NCBI GenBank assembly: GCA_038153405.1
Contig: JAYOYH010000010.1
Location: 1-64,000 of the forward strand
Reading direction: 5' to 3'
DNA: 64,000 nucleotides
Source: Gemmatimonadota bacterium
Lineage (GTDB): Bacteria > Latescibacterota > UBA2968 > UBA8231
The position numbers were made by a program, and so were the translations under genes. Below are positions 19,465 to 29,569 of the stretch, in pieces (position 1 is the stretch's first letter; every line of letters starts with the position of its first letter). The notes below the pieces were generated by a model. That model was not told the origin of the DNA. It saw nothing but the letters and a program-made list of their open reading frames with translations, and did not search any database.

Positions 19465-21129
19465 ATGTTTCGACCTATAGCATATTCAATGGGCATAGCC
19501 TGTGCTCTCTGGTCTTATAGCGCCCATGCACAGGCTCTGCACTTTGTCGATGTCGCAGTCGATTCGGGGATCGACTTCATCAACGCATCCGGTTCGGCTG
19601 AAAAGCACTATATCATCGAGACACAGTCGGCCGGAGGCGGTTTCTTTGATTACAATGGCGACGGCGTGCTCGATATATACCTCACTAACGGCGTAGCCAC
19701 AGACGATGCGCACAACCCAACGCTTGGCACCGCGCTGTACCGCGGGCTGGACAACGCTCGTTTTGCCAACGCCACGGCGCAGAGCAATGCCCACTTGTCG
19801 GGCTGGACCATGGGCGTTGCCTTTGCCGATTACGATGCCGATGGCAATGCCGATCTCTATGCGACGCGATGGGGCCCCGATGTGCTGCTGCGCAACGCCG
19901 GCGACGGCACCTTTGCCGACCATACCGAGCGGGCTGGTCTCGGTTCGGACGCTTGGGGCATCGGCGCATCCTTTGCCGATTTTGATCTCGACGGCGATCT
20001 CGATCTCTACGTGGCCAATTACATCGAATTTTCCCTTGGCGGTCCCCCATTCTACGACCGCTGGTGCACGCACAACGGCGTGCGCGCCGCCTGCGGTCCG
20101 GTCGGAGCTCAAGCGCAGGCCGACCTGCTGTACCGCAACGAGGGCGATGGGCGCTTTAGCGAAGTGAGCCACAGCATGGGCCTCGCCGGCCGAAGCTACT
20201 ACGGCATGGGCGTTGCCTGGACCGATTACGACGACGACGGCGATCCCGATATCTATGTTGCCAATGACGGCCATCCCAATAGCCTATTTCGCAACGACGG
20301 CCAGCGCTTTGTCGACGTCGCACTCGTGCAGTCTGTAGCCTATAGCGGCGATGGGCGCCCGCAGGCGGGAATGGGCGTTGCCGTCGGCGACTACGATCGC
20401 GACGGACGCTTTGACCTCTTTGTGACCAATTTCTCACAGGACTACAACACGCTGTACCGCAATAGTGGTCAGGGCTACTTTGTCGACGTCAGCGGGCGAG
20501 CTAACTTAGCTGGAAGCAGCCGTCCGCACATGGGATGGGGCACTTTCTTCTTTGATGCCAACTGCGATGGCTACGAGGATCTCTTTGTCGCCAATGGCCA
20601 TCTTATGCCCGAAATCGAGCAGGCCGGTATTGCCATGCACTACAGGCAGCAAAACCTGCTCTACCAAAATGCTGGCAACGGCAAGTTTGTCGACGTTTCG
20701 CACAGCGCAGGCCCCGGTCTCCGCTTAGCCGAGGTCAGCCGCGCCGCGGCCTACGGCGACTACGACAACGACGGCGATCTCGACATCTTAGTCGCCAACC
20801 TAGACGCCAGGCCTAGCCTGCTGCGCAACGATAGCACGCCTCTTGGTCACTGGCTGTCGCTACGCCTGCGTGCAGAGGGGCCCAACCGACAGAGCATCGG
20901 CGCGCGCATCTACGTGCAGACAGACGGCGCGGTGCAAATGCGCGAAGTGCGCACGGGGACGAGTTTTCAATCGCAGAACGACCTGCGACAGCACTTTGGC
21001 CTAGGGCACCACGAACGCGCAGACATTCGCGTTCGCTGGCCCGACGGCAGCGAGCAACGATTTGCCTCCGTTGGAGCAAATCGCTTCTACACCATTGATA
21101 AAGAAGATGCAAAAATCAACGTGGAGTAA
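19465..21129 (+). CDS. CRTAC1-family protein (FG-GAP/VCBS repeats plus ASPIC/UnbV domain)
   Basis: Signal peptide AHA-Q; repeated DYDxDGDxDIYVAN...LxRNxG; C-terminal NRQSIGARI...SFQSQNDLRQHFGLG...VRWPDG. Confidence 0.9.
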   Translation: MFRPIAYSMGIACALWSYSAHAQALHFVDVAVDSGIDFINASGSAEKHYIIETQSAGGGFFDYNGDGVLDIYLTNGVATDDAHNPTLGTALYRGLDNARFANATAQSNAHLSGWTMGVAFADYDADGNADLYATRWGPDVLLRNAGDGTFADHTERAGLGSDAWGIGASFADFDLDGDLDLYVANYIEFSLGGPPFYDRWCTHNGVRAACGPVGAQAQADLLYRNEGDGRFSEVSHSMGLAGRSYYGMGVAWTDYDDDGDPDIYVANDGHPNSLFRNDGQRFVDVALVQSVAYSGDGRPQAGMGVAVGDYDRDGRFDLFVTNFSQDYNTLYRNSGQGYFVDVSGRANLAGSSRPHMGWGTFFFDANCDGYEDLFVANGHLMPEIEQAGIAMHYRQQNLLYQNAGNGKFVDVSHSAGPGLRLAEVSRAAAYGDYDNDGDLDILVANLDARPSLLRNDSTPLGHWLSLRLRAEGPNRQSIGARIYVQTDGAVQMREVRTGTSFQSQNDLRQHFGLGHHERADIRVRWPDGSEQRFASVGANRFYTIDKEDAKINVE

Positions 21130-21132
21130 ATC

Positions 21133-22494
21133 ATGAAGTGCAGATTCATCCCTCTCTTCGCCCTGTGCATCGGCTGTGGCCAAGAGGTAGCCCAACCCCC
21201 GGAGTCCCCGCCCCTCTCTGCGCCGGAACCAGCCGTTGCCTTACCGACAGCCGATGAGCTCTTTGCGCAGGGCCGAGCGCTGCAGGCACGCGCCGATTTT
21301 AACGGGGCCGAGTCGCGCTATCGACAGGCGATGACAGCCGCACCCAATAACCCGCAGTATGCCTACTATCTCGGCACGGTGCTGCACGCGACAAGCCGCT
21401 ACGGCGAGGCGCGCAGCCTGTTTGAGCGGGCCATTGAGCTCAAAAGCGACTACGCCGCTCCGCGCATAGCCCTAGGCAAGCTGCTGTACGACGTCGATGG
21501 CCAAGCCGAAGCGGCCGGAGCACTGCTGCAACAGGCGCTGCAAATCGCCCCGCAGGCCGCCGAAGCCCGATACACGCTCGCCCTCATACACCTTCGCGAG
21601 GGACGGGCCGACGAAGCGATTGCTCTCTTTTCACAGCTAGTGCAAACCGATACGAGCAATGCGCAGGCGCGCGCGCAGCTGGGATTGGCCTACCTGCAGC
21701 GGGGCGATGTCGAACGCGCTCAGCTCGAACTGCAGCAAGCAGCCGATGCTCAGCCTTATTACAGCACGGCCTACCATGGCCTCGGTCAGACCTTTATTCG
21801 ACAGGGCAAAGCCGACATCGGCCAACGGCTGCTGCTGCGCGCACAGCAGCTGGAAGAAGAGGCCACTCAGCTCACGCCACACCTAAATGCCCTGCGCCAA
21901 AATCCCAACCAACCACAAGCCCATTACAACTTGGCGATCATGTATGCGCGCTTTAGCCGCCTGCGCTATGCTGCCCAGCACTTCGGCCAAACCATAGAGC
22001 TCGATAGCACCTTCGCCCCGGCCTATCAGGGATTGGGCAACCTGTATCAGCGTCTGGGCACGACACCCGAGGCCCGTGCCAGCTATGCCGGCAAAGCCCG
22101 CGCGCTCTATCTGCGCGCCCTGCAGATCGACCCTAAACTGGCCGATACGCACAACAATCTCGGCCTCCTTTTACACAGTGCGGGCGATGTACAGGCAGCC
22201 GTGCACCACTACGAGCAGGCGACCCAAATTGATCCGCAGGCGGGTTTTTATCAGGCCAATCTGAGCCGAGGGTATTACGACACAGAGCGCTATGAAGACG
22301 CCCTAGGCGCCGTGCGCCGCGCCCTGCAGATCGATCCAACGCTGGCCGGTGCGCGCGAAACGCTAGGCGACATTTTTGCGGCCGAGGAAAATTGGTCGGA
22401 GGCACTCGAAGCGTGGGAAGCCATCGAGCAGCTGGGCACATCCCCCCAGTTAGAGCAGAAAATCGCCCGGGCGCGCAGCCGGTTAGGCCGGTAA
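21133..22494 (+). CDS. TPR-repeat lipoprotein
   Basis: Lipobox CIGC, Pro-rich linker, many TPR units (AHYNLA, THNNLG, ALQIDP). Confidence 0.85.
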   Translation: MKCRFIPLFALCIGCGQEVAQPPESPPLSAPEPAVALPTADELFAQGRALQARADFNGAESRYRQAMTAAPNNPQYAYYLGTVLHATSRYGEARSLFERAIELKSDYAAPRIALGKLLYDVDGQAEAAGALLQQALQIAPQAAEARYTLALIHLREGRADEAIALFSQLVQTDTSNAQARAQLGLAYLQRGDVERAQLELQQAADAQPYYSTAYHGLGQTFIRQGKADIGQRLLLRAQQLEEEATQLTPHLNALRQNPNQPQAHYNLAIMYARFSRLRYAAQHFGQTIELDSTFAPAYQGLGNLYQRLGTTPEARASYAGKARALYLRALQIDPKLADTHNNLGLLLHSAGDVQAAVHHYEQATQIDPQAGFYQANLSRGYYDTERYEDALGAVRRALQIDPTLAGARETLGDIFAAEENWSEALEAWEAIEQLGTSPQLEQKIARARSRLGR

Positions 22495-22501
22495 TCAGAC
22501 G

Positions 22502-24013
22502 GTGTCTAGGGCGACGTATATACTCGTTGCAGTCCTGCTCTGGGCCTGCACTGATCCACCGGCAGACAGCGTATCGCCTTCTGCGCAGCGATTATTCGAA
22601 CAGGGCCTCGAAGCCTCGGCGCAGCAGCGCCACCGAGAAGCACTCGACTTTTTTCAGTCAGCGCGCCGAGATGCTCCCGCTCTTGCGCACTTAGCGCACT
22701 TCGAAAGCGGCAATATCTACGCGCAGCTGGGACAGGCCAACCTAGCGGCCGAGCAATATGAGCAGGCCCTAGGAGCCGAACCCAACCACGCCGAAAGCAG
22801 GCATAACTTAGCCGTGCTGCGCGCCGATCAGGGCCGCCTTCCCGAGGCCATCGCCCTATTAGAGCAACTGCCCGACTACGTACCCGCGCTCAGCACACTC
22901 GCCCTCTTTTACGCCAAACAGGCGCAGTACGACCGGGCGACGACCGCGCTCCAACGGGCTCTAGCGCTCGCACCACAGTCCTCTCAGCTCAACCGCCAAT
23001 TGGGCTCACTGCTCATGCAGCAAGGCCTGTTTGCAGCGGCCGATGACCAATTGGGCAAGGCCTGGGCCCTCGATTCAACCGACGCTGAAACGGCGCGTAT
23101 CATGGGGCAGCTCAGCGTGCGCATGGACCGCCCTCAGCGCGCAATCGACTTTTTTCACCGCGCCCTTAACGCCCGCCCGCTACACGCCGAAACGCAGTAC
23201 AATATGGCGACGGCGCTGGCCCAGTTCGGCCGGCGCGACGAAGCACAGACCTATATGCAGCGCTTTGAAGAGCTCGCCCAGCGCAGCGCCGAGATTGCCC
23301 AACTGCGGCGGTCACTCGATGATGCTCCAGACGATATCGCCCTCCACCTGGCATTGGCGCACCACTACGCTGCCCTTCAGCAGCCGAACCGCGCCCGCGA
23401 CTACTACCGCGCCGTTCTTCTGATCGACTCGCTGCACTTAGAAACCCTTGTGCGTCTTTCGAGCCTATTACTGCGACAGGGCGAGCGGTCCGAAAGCCTA
23501 GCGCTGTGTCAGCGCGGCATCGAAGCGCATGGAGACGGTCCAGAAACGAGCCCTCTGCACTTTACCACTGGCTACATCCACTACTTGGAAAAGCGTTACC
23601 CTGAGGCTGAAACGGCCTTTTCGCGCTCGCTTTCACTCGACGCCCAGCAAGCCGAAGCGTGGAACAATCTCGGCAACGTACAGCAGCTACGAGGCGACAT
23701 CGCAGCGGCACAGAGCTCGTTTACAAAAGCCATTGCCGCCGATTCCCTGTTAATTGATGGGCACTTTAATCTGGCCATCACCTATCAACGCCAGAAGGCC
23801 TGGCTCTCGGCCCACCGATCTTTTAGCAGGGCTCTGGAGATTAACCCTCGCTATGCACAGGCCTATTACGGCTTGGCCACCGTCTGTGAAGCAATGGACT
23901 CCACCGCCGCGGCTCTGCGCGCCTATCGCAAGTTTCTCGACTACAACCCAGTCGATGCAGCGTGGCGCGCACGCGCTCAACAGCGCCTAGCACAGCTCGA
24001 GTCCCAGCTCTAA
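22502..24013 (+). CDS. TPR-repeat lipoprotein
   Basis: GTG start, lipobox LWAC, TPR units (SRHNLA, AWNNLG, ALEINP). Confidence 0.85.
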   Translation: MSRATYILVAVLLWACTDPPADSVSPSAQRLFEQGLEASAQQRHREALDFFQSARRDAPALAHLAHFESGNIYAQLGQANLAAEQYEQALGAEPNHAESRHNLAVLRADQGRLPEAIALLEQLPDYVPALSTLALFYAKQAQYDRATTALQRALALAPQSSQLNRQLGSLLMQQGLFAAADDQLGKAWALDSTDAETARIMGQLSVRMDRPQRAIDFFHRALNARPLHAETQYNMATALAQFGRRDEAQTYMQRFEELAQRSAEIAQLRRSLDDAPDDIALHLALAHHYAALQQPNRARDYYRAVLLIDSLHLETLVRLSSLLLRQGERSESLALCQRGIEAHGDGPETSPLHFTTGYIHYLEKRYPEAETAFSRSLSLDAQQAEAWNNLGNVQQLRGDIAAAQSSFTKAIAADSLLIDGHFNLAITYQRQKAWLSAHRSFSRALEINPRYAQAYYGLATVCEAMDSTAAALRAYRKFLDYNPVDAAWRARAQQRLAQLESQL

Positions 24014-25747
24014 ATGCGCATCCAATCACTCATCGCGTCGCTGCTGCTCTACATGGGCTGCGGCGAACCACCCACCGACTCAATGCACCCAGTGGATACC
24101 GTTGCGTCGATTACCGAGCGCCAATCGGTGTATTTTGTAGATGTGGCAGCCGACGTCGGCCTCGTCTGGCAGCACGACAACGGCGTCAGTCCCAACAAAT
24201 TCTTTCCAGAAACGATGAGCGGAGGAGGGGCTTTCTTCGACTACGACGGCGATGGCGACCTCGACGTGTACGCCATCAACGGTGGAGCGTTAGAAGGCGA
24301 ACAAACAGCTCGCCCGCCCAATGCGCTCTTCCGCAACGACGGCGGTCTTTTTACCGCCGTCGACCATGCCGCCGGCGCGGACGACCGGGGCTACGGCATG
24401 GGAACGGCGGCCGGCGATATCGAGGGCGACGGCGATCTCGACCTCTATATCACCAACTTTGGCTCCAACGTCTTGCTGCGCAATGATGGTGGCCTTTTTG
24501 CCGATATAAGCCATGGCAGCGCTACCGATGATTCGCTGTGGGGCAGCAGCTGCGCTTTTGCCGACTACGACCGCGATGGCGATCTCGACCTCTATGTCGC
24601 CAATTACGTGCGCTATGCCCTGAGCGATGCCGCACGAGACAATGCGCCCTATATGTCAAACTACGATTCCTACGAAGGCAATGTGCAAAAGGGCTATCCC
24701 CATCCGGCCAACTTCCCCGGTTCACCCGATCGCCTCTATCGCAATGACGGCACGGGACATTTCAGCGAAGTGGCTCAACAGGCCGGTATCTTCGACGAGG
24801 GAGGCAAGGGACTCGGCGTAGTATTTGCAGACTACGACGTCGACGGCTGGCCCGACATCTACGTCGCCAACGACGCCGTGCGCAATTTTCTCTACCGCAA
24901 TGCGCAGGACGGCACTTTTGTCGAAGGGGCCTCTCTATCGGGTGTGGCCTACGGACAGGATGGACAGATGGAAGCGGGCATGGGCGTCGATTGGGGTGAT
25001 TACGACGGCGATGGCCTGCTCGATCTAACAGTGACCAATTTTCAGGCCGAACCCAACGCTCTTTATCGCAACGAAGGAAACCAGTTTTTTTCCATCGCGA
25101 GCTTTACTTCGGGCACCGGCATGGTAACGCTCCCCTACCTGGGCTTTGGCACGCAATTTATCGACTACGACCACGACGGCGACCTCGATTTGTTCACCGC
25201 CAACGGACACGTCTTAGACAACGTAGAAGACGTCGACCAATCGACCCAGTATGCTCAGCGCAACCTGCTTTTCCGCAACGACGGCGCGGCGACGGGGCCT
25301 GTGCGCTTCAGCGAAGTGGGGCTGCAGGTGGGCCTGAATAGCGAACGCGTCAGCCGCGGATCGGCCAGTGGCGACTACGACGACGACGGCGATGTAGATC
25401 TATTGGTGTTCAACGTGGGACAAGAGCTCAACTTATTCCGCAACGATAGCAGCGCGACCGATAAGCACTGGCTGTGGGTTGAGTTACAGGGTAAGGGCGC
25501 CAACCGGCACGGCATTGGCGCGCGCCTTACGCTATCGGTCGGCGGCATCGAGCAGGTGCGCGAAGTGCGCGGCAGCCGTTCGTACCTATCGCAGAGCGAT
25601 TTAAAAGTGCATTTCGGTTTGGGAACACAGCCCTCTGCCGAATGGCTGGACGTGCACTGGCCCTCGGGCATAAAAGAGCGCTTTCAACAGGTAGCCGGCC
25701 GCCAAGTCGCGCGCATAGCAGAGGGTTCCGGGCAGCCGCTGCCCTAG
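24014..25747 (+). CDS. CRTAC1-family lipoprotein (FG-GAP repeats plus ASPIC/UnbV)
   Basis: Lipobox YMGC; ETMSGGGAFFDYDGDGDLD, repeated FG-GAP units, SYLSQSDLKVHFGLG...HWPSG. Paralog of 19465-21129. Confidence 0.9.
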   Translation: MRIQSLIASLLLYMGCGEPPTDSMHPVDTVASITERQSVYFVDVAADVGLVWQHDNGVSPNKFFPETMSGGGAFFDYDGDGDLDVYAINGGALEGEQTARPPNALFRNDGGLFTAVDHAAGADDRGYGMGTAAGDIEGDGDLDLYITNFGSNVLLRNDGGLFADISHGSATDDSLWGSSCAFADYDRDGDLDLYVANYVRYALSDAARDNAPYMSNYDSYEGNVQKGYPHPANFPGSPDRLYRNDGTGHFSEVAQQAGIFDEGGKGLGVVFADYDVDGWPDIYVANDAVRNFLYRNAQDGTFVEGASLSGVAYGQDGQMEAGMGVDWGDYDGDGLLDLTVTNFQAEPNALYRNEGNQFFSIASFTSGTGMVTLPYLGFGTQFIDYDHDGDLDLFTANGHVLDNVEDVDQSTQYAQRNLLFRNDGAATGPVRFSEVGLQVGLNSERVSRGSASGDYDDDGDVDLLVFNVGQELNLFRNDSSATDKHWLWVELQGKGANRHGIGARLTLSVGGIEQVREVRGSRSYLSQSDLKVHFGLGTQPSAEWLDVHWPSGIKERFQQVAGRQVARIAEGSGQPLP

Positions 25748-27768
25748 CGGTGCACGGCCAACTGCGCGAGTAGGAAGCGTCCGTATTCTGCCTGGCCCAG
25801 CTCACCCGTCACTGCACGCACGTGGCGTTCGGCATCGGCAGCGCGCCCCTGTTCGGGTAGCTTTTCGCATAGGATGGCCAGCAGATCGTAGAAGAATAGC
25901 CGGCGCACTTGGGCATCTTCAAGCGATTTTTCCAGCAGTTCCACGCCATCTTCTCCCAACAAGTAGTGCGCATATCCGGCAAAGAACGCGGCCAACCCCG
26001 GCGAGAAGCCGGCGCTGTGCGCCAACAGCGATAGGCGTTCCTGCATGGCTCGTATAGCGAGCCTTTCGCTTTCGCTTAGCCCACCAGATAGCGCCTGACG
26101 ACTGCGCCCCCAGCGCAGGGTAGCCCACATATCGCCCCACGGGGTAAACGGCTCCTCCAAGCTAGCCGCGCGATAGTACTGCGCAGCGCGCTCGACGTCG
26201 CGGTTGGCAAAGAGCTGATCGGCGGCATTGAGAGCGAGGATTGCCGGCCCCTTGCCCTGGCGCCAGCGCTGGTAGGCGCTCTGTTCCGCCGGACTTAATG
26301 TGCCCCACAGCGCATCAGCCCGCTCCGCTAACTCGCCAGCGTGCCGCTCGTTGCCCAGACTCATGGGCTCCTCGCTGAGCAAGATATGCATGTCGTGCAA
26401 TACGGCCAGCTGCTCTAACGGCAAATCACCTTGGAGTGTGCGGTAGACGCTATCGGCCCGCCCAACCGCTGCGCTGGCCGCGTCGCCGGCCACCATGCCA
26501 ACGAGCGCTTCTGCCACGCCGCGCGCCAGCAAGACCTGTCCCCGGGACGTGGGATGCACGTGATCGGCCATCAGCTCCCACCCCACCCCTGCAGCTGGGC
26601 TGCGCTCGGCAAAGAGGACCTCGCTATCGACCAGCACAACATCCCGCGCGCGCGCCGTTGTGCGAATGGCTTCGTTCAGCGCGCTGCTGGCGCGCCAGGG
26701 CGTAGGATCCATATCGCGTGCCGCCCTATAAGCGCGCCGTGCCTGCTGGCCGCGCCCAAGAGCCTCCAAGCAGCGGCCGCGATTAAAGTGTGCCCATGCG
26801 CTATAGGGCGCCTGCTGCAGGGCGTCGTCAAAAGCCTCCAACGCCGCGGCAAAACGCCCCGCCGCGTAGGCCTCGACGCCACCTGCTGTCAGCGCCAGCC
26901 AAACGCTGAGCGCCTCGCCATCCATGGGCGGCTCGGCATAGGTCGGAGCAAACCCCCGCTCATTGCTTGCCACGGTGCACAGAACGAGCTGCACGCCATT
27001 TTCTTTACACGTCTGAGCTAGGGCGCTTAGGTTGGCGCGGATATTCTCTTCCGCGGCGTTGCGCCGTGTATCATCGGCCTCTACGTTGCCCGCGGCGGAC
27101 ATGACGCGCAGCAGCGAGGTCGGAGGGGAACTGCCTTCGGCGTTGAGAAGAGATAGCGCCTGTCGCACAAGCGAAGTCAGCCCCCACTGCATCAGACCGT
27201 AGTGCAGTTCTTTCATCCATATCGACGAACCGCCCTGGCTAAGCGAAGCCGACCCATAGACTCCGTATATTTCGTTGTGTCCGCTGTAGACGACCACGAC
27301 GTCGGGCTCTAGTTCCATCGCGTCTTCTACAGCACGGGCAACGGCAAAGCTGGATATAGCCGTGATGCCCATGTTAAAGACCTCGACTGAACGGCCGGGC
27401 ATGGCCTCCGCGAGCATCGTTTGCACATAGGAAGAAACCGAGAGTCGCCGGGGATGGGGATATCCCTGCACGGTTGATCCGCCGACGAGTATCACTCGCA
27501 GCGCATCGGCGGGGCGCGGTTCGACAAAGGGATGGGGCGTCATGCGCATACCGGCCACAGACACCCCCGAAAAAAAGCGCCGCGCATATTCTGGATTTAT
27601 CGCGTACAGGAATTTCTCTTCAACGCGCGCCAGTTCGACTACCAGCCGCGGCGCGCGAAAATCAAAGACAAAGCGCAGGCACAGTTCCAACCCTATAACC
27701 AGAAAGAACCCCAGCGCCAGCGCGGCGGCTACACCGCCCCACCGCCCAATACCTTGCACCTGCAGCAT
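25744..27768 (-). CDS. Membrane-anchored SGNH/GDSL-like hydrolase domain protein with TPR
   Basis: N-terminal TM with LELCLR; VGGSTVQG (block I), VFNMG, YSGHNE (block III), DHVHP (block V); TPR insert AWAHFNRGRCL. Confidence 0.7.
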   Translation of the reverse strand: MLQVQGIGRWGGVAAALALGFFLVIGLELCLRFVFDFRAPRLVVELARVEEKFLYAINPEYARRFFSGVSVAGMRMTPHPFVEPRPADALRVILVGGSTVQGYPHPRRLSVSSYVQTMLAEAMPGRSVEVFNMGITAISSFAVARAVEDAMELEPDVVVVYSGHNEIYGVYGSASLSQGGSSIWMKELHYGLMQWGLTSLVRQALSLLNAEGSSPPTSLLRVMSAAGNVEADDTRRNAAEENIRANLSALAQTCKENGVQLVLCTVASNERGFAPTYAEPPMDGEALSVWLALTAGGVEAYAAGRFAAALEAFDDALQQAPYSAWAHFNRGRCLEALGRGQQARRAYRAARDMDPTPWRASSALNEAIRTTARARDVVLVDSEVLFAERSPAAGVGWELMADHVHPTSRGQVLLARGVAEALVGMVAGDAASAAVGRADSVYRTLQGDLPLEQLAVLHDMHILLSEEPMSLGNERHAGELAERADALWGTLSPAEQSAYQRWRQGKGPAILALNAADQLFANRDVERAAQYYRAASLEEPFTPWGDMWATLRWGRSRQALSGGLSESERLAIRAMQERLSLLAHSAGFSPGLAAFFAGYAHYLLGEDGVELLEKSLEDAQVRRLFFYDLLAILCEKLPEQGRAADAERHVRAVTGELGQAEYGRFLLAQLAVHR

Positions 27769-27784
27769 GCCCTAGTGCACCGCT

Positions 27785-29455
27785 TCAACGACTTTCCGCA
27801 TAGCGCGCAAGAGCCTCTTCATTCCACTGTGTCTGGTCTTTATAAGCCAAGCGCAGCGAGTCGAGATACGCGGCAAATAGCTTGGCCTCTTCTTGCTCTC
27901 GCAGCTTAACGCGGATGGGACGCTGCACCTGCTTAAAGGGAATAGCTTCCTTTAATATGGGTCGATTGAGGCGAAAAACGCTAAAGCGATCTTGGACTTC
28001 CAATGGTCCGTGCACAATACCTACGTCTTTTTCGTTGCTGTCGCCCAAAAACGTTCGGTACGGCGACTGATACAGCGATGCAATCTCTAACCGGCCGCTG
28101 TCGGAAAAGGCATGACCGCCCAACTCCTCCATACCCGGCCGCACGGAAAGGCGCCCGGCCAGCGACTCCAGCGATTCTCCGCCGCGGGCGAGCTCGACGA
28201 CCTCCTCCGCTTCGCTCCGAGTCTCGACCAGCACCTCGGTAAGGTGAATAACGCCGGGCAGCTTCTTATACGTGTCGAGATATTCCTCGTAATAGGCTTC
28301 GACGCGTTCGTCGGCAATTGCCACTTTATCTGCGATCTGATCTAGGCGCAGCTGATTAATCATAAGTGCTCTGCGGCGCTGCTGGCGGAACGCAACGATA
28401 TCGCTATCGGCACCTCGGTTTTGTCTGCGCGCCTCTAAGACCATGAGCGAATCGGGCAGAATCCACCGCTCGATTTCATCGAATACTGCAGTGCTATCGG
28501 GCGGTAGGGCCCCCTTTTTCAGGTCGCGAATTCCGCGCACGGCATCGCCGACCAAAATGCGCCCTCCCCGATAGCTAATTAATTCTCGCGCGGCCGATTC
28601 CGGAGTTAGCCCCTTGCGAAAAAGCCCGTTGAGCACATCGTGTACGCGCTCTCGCTCGTAGCGTATATCGCGCAATGTGGCGAGCGAATCGACGACGACT
28701 TCACGTCGCTCTGCCCATTTAACTTTGCTCATCCTATTGGCAATATTGTCGCGAACGGCCGCAAAGCCTTTGCGTCGCTTTTCTATAATCTTTACAATTT
28801 CCCAGCCGTCCTTCGTGCGAATAGGCTCGCTAAACTCGCCCTCTTCCAAGAAGAAGGTGGCCTCGCGCAGTGCAGGAACGACATCTCCCTGCCCAAAGAA
28901 CGCCCCCAAATTGCCGCCCGTTATGGCATCATCGGCACGCGAATATTCCTTGGCCACTTCGGAGAAAGGGCGGCCTTTGCGCAGCTCCTCAATAACGACG
29001 CGCGCATCTTCTTCGCTCTTTGAGAGAATGTGCGCCGGCCACACCTCCCAGCCTAAATCAAAGCTTTCATAGGCCTCGCGCAGTTCGGCCTCGTCTATGC
29101 GCAGCTGGCGATCCACCAATTCGATAGACACCTTCTGAGCCAAACGCTTGTTGGTTTCCACATCCAACACATGCTCCAATTCGGGCAGCACCCCGATGCC
29201 TTTTTTCGCCGCTTCCAAGAGCATAATTTCTCGGTCGACCAAGTCCTGCGCATACTGTCGCAATGCACTTACATCTTCTTTTTCGGCACGTAGATGGTTA
29301 GGTAAACTGGCGATAAAAGCCGATACTTCGCCGGCATCGATATCAACGTCTCCGACCTGAACAATACTGGAGTCCGGGACGCCTATCTTTTTTTGATCGG
29401 CACAGCCGCCCACAGCCAGCGCGGCAACCAAACCCGCCCATGCGTAACGAATCAT
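27785..29455 (-). CDS. Parvulin (PpiC-type) peptidyl-prolyl isomerase lipoprotein, two PPIase-like domains
   Basis: Lipobox VGGC; HIL...FSEVAKEYS...GGNLG...GEFSEPIRTKDGWEIVK; second degenerate domain GESLESLAGRLS. Confidence 0.8.
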   Translation of the reverse strand: MIRYAWAGLVAALAVGGCADQKKIGVPDSSIVQVGDVDIDAGEVSAFIASLPNHLRAEKEDVSALRQYAQDLVDREIMLLEAAKKGIGVLPELEHVLDVETNKRLAQKVSIELVDRQLRIDEAELREAYESFDLGWEVWPAHILSKSEEDARVVIEELRKGRPFSEVAKEYSRADDAITGGNLGAFFGQGDVVPALREATFFLEEGEFSEPIRTKDGWEIVKIIEKRRKGFAAVRDNIANRMSKVKWAERREVVVDSLATLRDIRYERERVHDVLNGLFRKGLTPESAARELISYRGGRILVGDAVRGIRDLKKGALPPDSTAVFDEIERWILPDSLMVLEARRQNRGADSDIVAFRQQRRRALMINQLRLDQIADKVAIADERVEAYYEEYLDTYKKLPGVIHLTEVLVETRSEAEEVVELARGGESLESLAGRLSVRPGMEELGGHAFSDSGRLEIASLYQSPYRTFLGDSNEKDVGIVHGPLEVQDRFSVFRLNRPILKEAIPFKQVQRPIRVKLREQEEAKLFAAYLDSLRLAYKDQTQWNEEALARYAESR

Positions 29456-29493
29456 CTACTATGTTCTCCTCTGCAATACTTGTAACACAAAGC

Positions 29494-29523
29494 GACGCGA
29501 CACCGCCAAAGCGATGCCGCGTC
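29494..29523 (-). terminator. Hairpin, probable weak terminator or stabiliser after 29570-30334
   Basis: Minus-strand RNA GACGCGGCAUCGC-UUUG-GCGGUGUCGCGUC pairs fully with two G-U pairs (mismatched on the plus strand), followed by GCUUUGUGUU. Confidence 0.6.
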
Positions 29524-29569
29524 CGAATATGAACAGCTTGAAAACCGTATAACTAGCTATTGTGCGCGC

